Shown: positions 12,065 to 20,100 of the stretch, piece after piece
Numbering within the stretch: position 1 is the first letter of the stretch
How the letters are laid out: each line of letters begins with the position of its first letter
NCBI RefSeq assembly: GCF_003019035.1
Contig: NZ_CP027447.1
Reading direction: 5' to 3' (one strand)
DNA from: Escherichia coli
GTDB taxonomy: Bacteria > Pseudomonadota > Gammaproteobacteria > Enterobacterales > Enterobacteriaceae
Length of the DNA stretch: 64,000 bases
Translations under genes and position numbers: made by a program
The notes under the pieces: generated by a model
Seen by the model: only the letters and a program-made list of their open reading frames with translations
The model's database searches: none
Told to the model about the DNA's origin: nothing

Positions 12065-12383
12065 TTTCTGAACCTCTCTTTTCTTTTATCGTAATAAAAA
12101 AGGCAATCAACCCACTGATCAATAAAATTGGTAAAGTTAAAATAAACCCTACCAATAACACTAATGAAAATCCGAGCACGCCGGACATCTCATATAGATT
12201 TCCGAACAATGTGCTTTCGTTTTTATACTCAACCATATTCTGTAAAACAGACCTTTTTTCAATATCTTTTTCTTTTAAAGAATCTTCTCTATATTCATAA
12301 TCTTCACAACTCAAAGAAATTTCCACAGTGTTATCATTCAAATACTCATTATCATAATAGTCGTAATCATTATTCCCAATCAT
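12054..12383 (-). CDS. hypothetical membrane protein with acidic Tyr/Asp-rich N-terminus and C-terminal TM segment
   Basis: 109 aa; hydrophobic stretch GVLGFSLVLLVGFILTLPILLISGLIAFFI; overlapping stop/start with both neighbours. Confidence 0.5.
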   Translation of the reverse strand: MIGNNDYDYYDNEYLNDNTVEISLSCEDYEYREDSLKEKDIEKRSVLQNMVEYKNESTLFGNLYEMSGVLGFSLVLLVGFILTLPILLISGLIAFFITIKEKRGSENGV

Positions 12384-12565
12384 TCTAGATCTCCTTCTAA
12401 CGTGTCATAAACAACAGTAAAATCATTCTCATGAGAAAGAAGATTGTAAGTTATAAATAAGCTTGTCCTATAAACAATATCTGTATTTTCATCCTGTAGT
12501 TTTTGAATAATCAACTTAACAAGATCAGACGCTGCCACTTCAATTTTTTTATCAATATCATTCAT
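12380..12565 (-). CDS. hypothetical small protein (first gene of six-gene island operon)
   Basis: 61-aa ORF; stop overlaps the start of the next ORF (12383/12380); divergent from mobA. Confidence 0.45.
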   Translation of the reverse strand: MNDIDKKIEVAASDLVKLIIQKLQDENTDIVYRTSLFITYNLLSHENDFTVVYDTLEGDLE

Positions 12566-12729
12566 GTTCCACCTCTTTTATTTTTTATGATTTCTGTTAT
12601 ATATATTAAGTAATATAATTATTTATTTAAGTAAAGCGCGATATATATTTTTTTGTTTTTAGAACGCATTTTTCAGATAAAAGGCTCACGTGCGGCGGCT
12701 ATTTTAGTTTTGCTAAAAACTACAATAGC

Positions 12730-12762
12730 GCACTTATACATTCTTCGAATGTGTGCGCCCCA
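12730..12762 (+). other. candidate MobQ-type origin of transfer (inverted repeat plus nick-site-like GTGCGCCC)
   Basis: ACATTC-ttcg-GAATGT inverted repeat immediately followed by GTGCGCCC, resembling the RSF1010 oriT arrangement (inverted repeat then TAAGTGCG/CCCT nick region); about 140 bp upstream of mobA. Confidence 0.45.
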
Positions 12763-12901
12763 TAAATGGGGGTTTACTAACGCAGAAAAATAAAAAGTAA
12801 TATTCGCTTTATGCTCAATATTACTTAATCGCTTTTCAAAAAAGCAAATATATTTTTATTATTTTAAAAAGTATGTGTTTCAATATCAGGAGATAAAAAC
12901 A

Positions 12902-14203
12902 ATGGCAATATTTCATATGAGCGCTCAAACAATAACACGCAGCAAGGGGTATAGTAGCGTAGCTGCGGCAGCTTATCGCCACGGCGAAAAGTTAACGGAC
13001 GAACACACAGGAGAGATCCACGACTACAGCAAAAAGAAAGGTGTTTCAGACAGTGTTATATTAATACCTGAAAGCGCAGACCGTAATTTTTTAAAGCCTG
13101 CGTATTTATGGAACATGATAGAAAAAAGCGAAAAAAGAAAAGATGCGCAGTTAGCTCGCGAGTTTAATATTGCGCTTCCTGTCGAAATGACAGATGAACA
13201 AAAAAAGGCGTTAGCAATAGATTTTTGCCAAGAGCATTTTGTAAAAAATGGAATGATTGCTGATATAGCTTTTCACAAGCTCGATAGCGACAACCCACAT
13301 TTTCATGTAATGCTAACCACCCGCAGCCTTACGCCGGACGGTTCAGAGTTCGGACATAAAGTCAGGGAATGGAACAACAAAGAGCAGCTCGAAGGCTGGC
13401 GCAAGAGCTGGGCTGACACAGCGAACGAGCACATGCAAAAGGCTGGCATCGATGCGCATATAGATCACAGATCACTGAAAGAACAAAAAGCAGAGCTTGA
13501 CGCTATCCTCCCCCCTCTCAGAACGATTGAGCAAGAGGCGCAGGCTATCAGCTTAGACAGACCGCCGACTATCCATAGAGGCCATAGCCGCAATCCAGAG
13601 CGACAAGCACGCTTTGACGTGCTCCAAGAAGTGAAAGTATCACAAGAGGAAAAAGCACTTAACCACATTGAACAGAAACAACTTAAGCCCTCGCCGCTGG
13701 CTCCAGCTTCCTCCCCTGCCGCATCTTTGCAAGATGCTACACAAGGAGGCAATGAAAACAACCCGCAAAATAGACTCGGCGAAGTTGGCGAATATCTTCA
13801 ATCTAAACTCAATAAAGAAGATAAAGCAGATCTTAATACTGATAATGAAATCAAAGTTCACACTACTAAAAATAATAGGGAAAGCAGTTCAGCAGCAGCT
13901 ATAGGTTCAACATCAAATATTAATTTAACCGATGAGAAAACAGATAAGAATCTACACTTAACAGAAGCACAAAAAGAAGAGTTAGAGGATTTAGAAAATA
14001 AAGAAGCAGCAGCGAAGAAAAAAGCTTATCTGATGAGCGGAGCTGCCGTTCCTGAACTTTCTCAAGATTACAAAACACTGTCAAAAAGTGAGTTTAAAAA
14101 TAAGCTTCATACAGCTAAACAATCAATATCATTAACTGAAAAGAGATTTAATGAAGAATGTGAAGCATATGATAACAGAAGAAAACGACCAATACCGCGC
14201 TAA
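12902..14203 (+). CDS. mobA: MobA/MobL-family (MobQ-type) conjugative relaxase
   Basis: N-terminus MAIFHMSAQTITRSKGYSSVAAAAYRHGEKL is the characteristic MobA/MobL signature; HFHVML histidine motif present; Ser/Glu/Lys-rich low-complexity C-terminus; AGGAG RBS 8 nt upstream of ATG 12902. Confidence 0.8.
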   Translation: MAIFHMSAQTITRSKGYSSVAAAAYRHGEKLTDEHTGEIHDYSKKKGVSDSVILIPESADRNFLKPAYLWNMIEKSEKRKDAQLAREFNIALPVEMTDEQKKALAIDFCQEHFVKNGMIADIAFHKLDSDNPHFHVMLTTRSLTPDGSEFGHKVREWNNKEQLEGWRKSWADTANEHMQKAGIDAHIDHRSLKEQKAELDAILPPLRTIEQEAQAISLDRPPTIHRGHSRNPERQARFDVLQEVKVSQEEKALNHIEQKQLKPSPLAPASSPAASLQDATQGGNENNPQNRLGEVGEYLQSKLNKEDKADLNTDNEIKVHTTKNNRESSSAAAIGSTSNINLTDEKTDKNLHLTEAQKEELEDLENKEAAAKKKAYLMSGAAVPELSQDYKTLSKSEFKNKLHTAKQSISLTEKRFNEECEAYDNRRKRPIPR

Positions 14204-14563
14204 GTATTTTGCTCATTTTTTATCCCCAATGAATGACTTAGCGTTATATTTACTTTAACTAATTGATACTATTGATTTATTTTCACCTCACGTCGTATCG
14301 TTTATATCGATCAAAATCGACAAAGTGATAGTTAACACCTATCACAACCAATTCATCGATCGATTAAAACAATTAATACACCGATCGATAAACGAGATTT
14401 AATCGTTAAAAACTATCAATATTAAATAATTGATCTGTTATAACGATCATTTTGCTTGAGAGTAGCCCTCCTCATGGTATGCTCGGAGCGTGGAAGACCG
14501 GGCTACTCACCTTGATATCTTCTTGATTAAGCAAAACTATCGCTCTATGAGGAATGAAATTTT

Positions 14564-15058
14564 ATGAAAACCGAAAACATTATTTTTCTTGTTTGGGCAG
14601 TGATTTTTATCCTGATTCTCTGCCAACTTTTTTATTTTGGCCCTAAAAAAAGAAGATACCTCAATACTTATATAGAGGTATTAGATGGTGATGTCCTCTC
14701 ATATGAATGTCAAAATACCGGCGTAGTTATTGATACTAAAAAAAACACAGTACGTATTTTCAATACATATAAGGACAGCACTTTCAAATACGACAACATC
14801 AGGGAAATAAATTATACGCTATCCGAAGCCGGAAAAATTTATAGCACAAGTAATAATCTAAACTCTATGATAAAGTCCGCTGGAGCTAACAGTAATGAAC
14901 AAATGTTAGCTAATCAGCGTTCCGGTATTTTTATACTGACAGATGATATAAAAAATCCTTCATGGAAAATCAATCTACCAATGAAAAACAAAACATCATC
15001 TACCAATCAGGAGATCTGCGATCGATGGCTTCTCATTTTTAAAAAATACGTTTTATAA
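14564..15058 (+). CDS. hypothetical membrane-anchored protein
   Basis: 164 aa; N-terminal hydrophobic helix IIFLVWAVIFILILCQLFYF; AT-rich; no recognisable motif. Confidence 0.5.
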   Translation: MKTENIIFLVWAVIFILILCQLFYFGPKKRRYLNTYIEVLDGDVLSYECQNTGVVIDTKKNTVRIFNTYKDSTFKYDNIREINYTLSEAGKIYSTSNNLNSMIKSAGANSNEQMLANQRSGIFILTDDIKNPSWKINLPMKNKTSSTNQEICDRWLLIFKKYVL

Positions 15059-15090
15059 CTTTGTTTTTTATTTTTATCTTTGGAGTTGAC

Positions 15091-15468
15091 ATGAAAAAAT
15101 TGATTGCGGCAGCATTTATTATTCTCCCTTTAGCAAGTTGTACTGTTTATGGAAACAAATCCATTAAAGACGAAACGCAGCAAAATATAGCCTCTAAAAT
15201 TATAAAAGGTAAAACTACTCAAAAAGATATCCTTCAACTTTATGGAGAACCTCAGACTAAAGAAACTAACGATGGTAAAGAAATGTGGGGATATTCCGTT
15301 ATGTCCGGTGAATCTCAGATTTCAAATTACATACCGGGATTAGCGTTATTGAAGAATAGCAGCACAGCGCACATGAAAGAACTTGAGATCTTGTTTAAAG
15401 GTGATGTAGTTGAACGCTATACCTTTAGACAAACGGCAAGCAAAGCTTCTCGCGGGTTGTTAGATTAA
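15091..15468 (+). CDS. putative lipoprotein
   Basis: Start chosen at ATG 15091 (GGAG RBS upstream); signal peptide MKKLIAAAFIILPLASC with lipobox L-A-S-C; 125 aa. Confidence 0.55.
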   Translation: MKKLIAAAFIILPLASCTVYGNKSIKDETQQNIASKIIKGKTTQKDILQLYGEPQTKETNDGKEMWGYSVMSGESQISNYIPGLALLKNSSTAHMKELEILFKGDVVERYTFRQTASKASRGLLD

Positions 15469-16469
15469 TTTAAATTAAATACCATTTTATCTTTAAAAAG
15501 AAGTTGGAATAGTCCGACTTCTTTTCTATTTTATCAATAACATGCATTATTTATATTAGTGCCTTATGAAATGGCACCTTACTTTTTATATTTCCCTATC
15601 TGGGGGTTTAACCTTTGTTTTTTATTAAAAAAAATTTTGTACTAGTAGTACTAATTAATTAATTTAAAAATTTTTGGTTTTAAGGTTTTGGGGTTTGTGT
15701 TTTAGCGGGGCGGCTTTCAGCCGTAGTAGTTTTCCTCCGAAGGAGGAAATAGTTTTTCTTTAAGCATTCCCCCCCTACCCCCCACGCCAAAAAGGCTAAA
15801 AAAGAGAGATAGGAGATGCTCATTGCGTCTTGAAAATATTCAGAACGTTTCCATTCTGATACTTCCCCCACGACCCACGCAAACACAAATCATGAAACTT
15901 TCAAACAACTCTCGTTTTACTAAAGAGTCTATGCTACTGTTTGTAAATTTTTTAGATTGTGCGATTCAGGTTGGCAGCTACGCATATCCCGGTTAACCGC
16001 TGCCGCAATATTCTAAGTTTCACCAAACACTCGATGTCCTTCGTACTTAGACCTTGATACAACAAGGGTAATATTATATTGCTTTTGTAGATTAAATGTT
16101 TCTGGAAATGGTATTGACATTTTATCTATGTCAAAGTCGGCGAAATTTGTTTAATCATGCAGATTAGAGGCTTCTGGAAGTGGTATTTAATATTAGTTAA
16201 AAGTCGACGAAGCATTTCTAATCTTTTGTATCTTTATATTATATAAATCTATATATAACACCAGTCAATAGATGAAATCAAAAATATTTTAAAAACATGA
16301 CTAGATGAAAAACAAAAAAAGACCAGATTAAACCCCAGTCTCTTTTTTACTTAATATCAGTTATGTTTTTCATATATAGTTCTAAAACGCTCTGTACGCG
16401 ATTTTGAGACGTTTTACACTGGAAGCGGCGTAATCATATAAATAATAAAATAGAATACTGTAATGATTT

Positions 16470-16685
16470 TTATGCCGCTTGATTACGCGAATAAAAAATC
16501 TTATCATCAATCCATTCGTCAACTTCACTTTCAACAAATGCGATAGTTCTTTCACCAGTCTTGATCGGAGAAGGGAAATCACCCCGGCTAATCAGCCGAT
16601 AGATCCACGCTTTACAAAAACCAGTCTTGTTTAACACTTCGGGTATGCGGATAAGTCTTTTTCTTTCGTTCATATATTTCCTCAT
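16470..16685 (-). CDS. AlpA-family phage-type transcriptional regulator / excisionase-like DNA-binding protein
   Basis: 71-aa ORF; RIPEVLNKTGFCKAWIYRLISRGDFPSP resembles the AlpA/Xis helix-turn-helix region. Confidence 0.7.
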   Translation of the reverse strand: MRKYMNERKRLIRIPEVLNKTGFCKAWIYRLISRGDFPSPIKTGERTIAFVESEVDEWIDDKIFYSRNQAA

Positions 16686-17133
16686 AGTTGTTTTGATGAG
16701 GCTATTATTCGAATATCGCTTATGACGATCAACAACTTTTTTAGCAAAAAGTGCTTTTTTAGTTGACTATTTTAAATTAACAGTCATTTAATCACCTTTG
16801 GAAGTTGAACTCATGAGTTCAACTCCTCACCGCTAGTCATGACATTCAAAATGTGCTTATTTTTTAGCCACAATACTTTTTTTATCCCTTTATTGCACCT
16901 CAATGTAAAATACAAATAATTAATATATTTAATAATCAAATGATTAAAGAGTCGATTACAGGGACGCCAGCCAATCATGATTGGACGGTGTAAGGACAAC
17001 ACTAATAAAAACAGGAAGTTAGCAGTCTCAGCAGGACACCGACCAGACGGTGAGGAGACATAAAAGGATACGCAAAGGAGCCGCGGCCCCTGGTGATATG
17101 AAAGCCCACAGATGTGGGCTTTTTCGTTGATGG

Positions 17134-20100
17134 TCAGAACGACCAGTTCACACCAGCCACTGCGTTCCACGGGGATTCCACACCGGCACCATGGCTATAC
17201 CCCACCCCGAGATGCCCGCTTAACGAACTGCTGAATGAGGCTTTAATACCTGCCTGGTATATTCCACGTCTGCCCGACAAATCATTGACAAAATTACCGT
17301 CATTATTCACTTTCACCCGGTTATCATCGACAAATTCTTTGCGCACAGCCGCCTTCAGCCACGGCTCAACTTCCATGCCGTTCCCCAGACGCATGTTGTA
17401 ACTCAGCGTTGCGCCCAGTTCACGATATATACTGCGGGTATCGACTGATTTCGATTCCATGCCATTGGATAAATGATATTCGGGGTTATCAGCGGTGAAC
17501 CCCGTTAACGATGCATACGGCGTCAGGTTCCAGTTACCATCGGTAAATCGCATCCCGGTTTCAATGTGACCGCCCAGCCCGTTGCTGCGATAACTGCCGT
17601 TGGCGGCTCCACCGCTGCTCATTTTACCGGCTACGTTACTTTCAAAGCGGTTCAGCTTCACGATACCGTCCAGATAGAAACCACTTTCATGTTCCCAGCT
17701 GGCATAGCCCCCCAGAGAATAACTGCCCACACTGCCATGTCCTCCACGATCAAAACCGATATGTGAATGGGAATAACCCATAAAAGCGCCCAGCGTCGCA
17801 ATCCCCTCAGGAATATCATTACGGCTATCGATCCCCACCGTCATTCCGGTCAGCGTCTGCTCAAACCCGGCACCCGCATCGGTGGTGACATTATTACGGG
17901 TGTTATACGTCGTCCCCCAGACATTATTGTTGTGTGGACTCGCTTTCATTATGTTCAACCGCTCGCGAATACTGTTTAGCTCAGCATCAAAGACCAACGG
18001 TAATGTTGCTGCCATATTGAGTACGGCTGCCGTAGAAGGCGTGATGCGTTTCTCCGGGACGGGTGTCGGCGTTGGATCGGGAGTCGGGTCTGGTTTCGGA
18101 TCCGGTTTTGGGTCTGGTTTTGGATCCGGCTTCGGATTTGGGTTGGGGTCCGGGTTGGGTTTGACATCATTGGTCAGGTTCCAGTTGCTGTTGCCGTCGC
18201 TTTTCAGGACATACTCATAGGTCCCAAGATCAACGAAACCGCCGGTATTACCCAGCGTAAACGAAGCATCCCCTCCCCCTGTTTTCACCAGCGTCATCGC
18301 GTCGTCAGACTGAGGGCTGACGCCGGTATCCTGAACAAAGATTTTAAAATTACCAGTGGCGTTGTTGTTGACGACCAGTTGATCGCCCCGGGAGCCTGCA
18401 ACGTTGGTATGCAGGTAGAAATTACCGCTGCCGGAAAGTTCACTGGTTGTCAGCGTATTGTAGATACCGTTAGTTGTGGCAGGCGCTGCTGTTTGTGCTG
18501 ATAAATAAACATCACCGTCGTTGAGGAGCAAACTGTTTACTCTATATTCGCAGTTGCTGGTACCTGCACAGGAATTATTGCTGTTAAGCCAGACACTGCC
18601 CCGGCTGGCAGCCGTCAGGTCGGTAAGCGTCGTATCGACGCCATTTCCGATAGTTAATGTCGCGCTATCGGTAATCCGGATCGCCCCTTCGAGTTTAACT
18701 GGCGTAACATTATCCCGTGGCGTCATTAACGACAGGCTTCCTGTCGCGCCACTGACCGATGCATCCGCCAGCGTACCTGCATAGACGATTGCCGTCCCGC
18801 CAGCGACCTGGAGATCTTCTGCCCGGGCCAGAGCCTGAAACTCATCTTTTGACCGCCCAAGGGTATATTGCCCGCCAGAGTTAACCTTTGTGGCGGAGTC
18901 CTGACCCAGGTTTTGCATTGCACCACCCTTGCCAACCTTGGAGTCACGGGCTTCGGTACCTGCTAATACCAATAAATTACCGCCATTTTCCAGCAGCACA
19001 TTGGTCGCTAAATTGCCGGCAATGGAAAAGGTGCCGTACTGGTGAGTACCGCTGATTTCAATACCGTTAGCCGTGCTCGTCTGGAGAGCGGCACCGCTGT
19101 TCTGGACGATATCTGTCGCTTTGCCATTATCGTTGACTGTCAGCGTACCGCCTTCATTGATCGTTGTTTTTATTGCCTCTCCGTTAGCCGAAACTGTTTG
19201 TATTCCGCCGTCGTTAATCGTTGTCTCATTCGCCACACCCTCGACGATTTGTTCGCCGCCGGTGAGCGTCGTGCCTGTCGCAGTGGCTTTTGTTTTGACG
19301 ATCTCCCGCCCGCCCGCATTGACCTGTGTTTTGACGGAAGAGGTGTCTGACTCCACGGTTAACACGCCGCCATTTGTCAGCAGGATATTGTTCGCCGCAC
19401 CCTGCTCGATGCTGAACGCGACGCCATCAGCGCGTGTCCCTGTGACCCGCGTCGCCCTGGTGGTTGCAACCAACGCGCCCTGGCTACTTTGCTGTATCCC
19501 CGTTGCGCTGCCTTTCTCCCGCACATCGAGTGTGCCGCCGTCATTAAGCACCGAGTTTTCAGCCAGACCGCCCTCATTAACTACCTGTGAACCGCCATTA
19601 ATAATGGAACCTTCCGCTGTCCCGTTTACCATAATTTGTTGTAGGCCAGAGACGATATCGGTATTGATCGCCTTACCATAATTCTGAACGGTTTGCGTAC
19701 CGCCATTGATGTGCGTTTTGTCTGTTGACCCACCATCAACAATTTGTTCACCACTTTCGATATTTGCCTCAGTGGCTAAACCATATACCGTTTGCTTGCC
19801 ACCTTTGATATTTGCTTTATCAGAAGTGGCACTGGCATATATTGTTTGGGTACCCGCACTATTGAGTACAGTGCCAACATCTTTTCCATAAACATCCATT
19901 TTACCGTTGGCATTAATAATCGTATCAACTGCCCGGGAACCAGTAACGACTGTTAATGAGCCAGCGTTTTCCAGCACTACATTTTTAGCTTCTGAATTCC
20001 TGATGTAGAAAGCATCACCATAACTGTTGGTTCCTTCGATAAGTGTTCCGGAAGTCGTGGAAGCAATTAATGCGCCGCCGGATTGTTGCTCAACATGCTT

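Larger units (their letters stand above)
8123..16830. mobile_element. ssrA-associated integrative, mobilizable-element-like genomic island (int-cargo-mobA-alpA); right end approximate
   Basis: Starts at the tmRNA 3' end; P4-family integrase, MobA/MobL relaxase, AlpA-like regulator; strongly AT-rich relative to flanking core genes. No full-length direct repeat of the ssrA 3' end was found at the right side, only a 10-bp match GTTCAACTCC at 16818-16827. Confidence 0.6.

Noticed and set aside
16811-17170. 119-aa minus-strand ORF across the island/ypjA junction
   Set aside because: It begins inside the 3' end of ypjA and runs across the junction palindrome; no RBS and no motif; likely spurious.
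17882-18220. Glycine-rich 112-aa ORF (GSGFGSGFG...) on the plus strand
   Set aside because: Antisense artefact of the hexanucleotide repeat inside the autotransporter gene.
19073-19681. 202-aa plus-strand ORF, and other 60-100-aa plus-strand ORFs between 17114 and 21657
   Set aside because: All lie antisense within the 1522-codon ypjA-like autotransporter frame, whose repeat-rich sequence generates long antisense frames.
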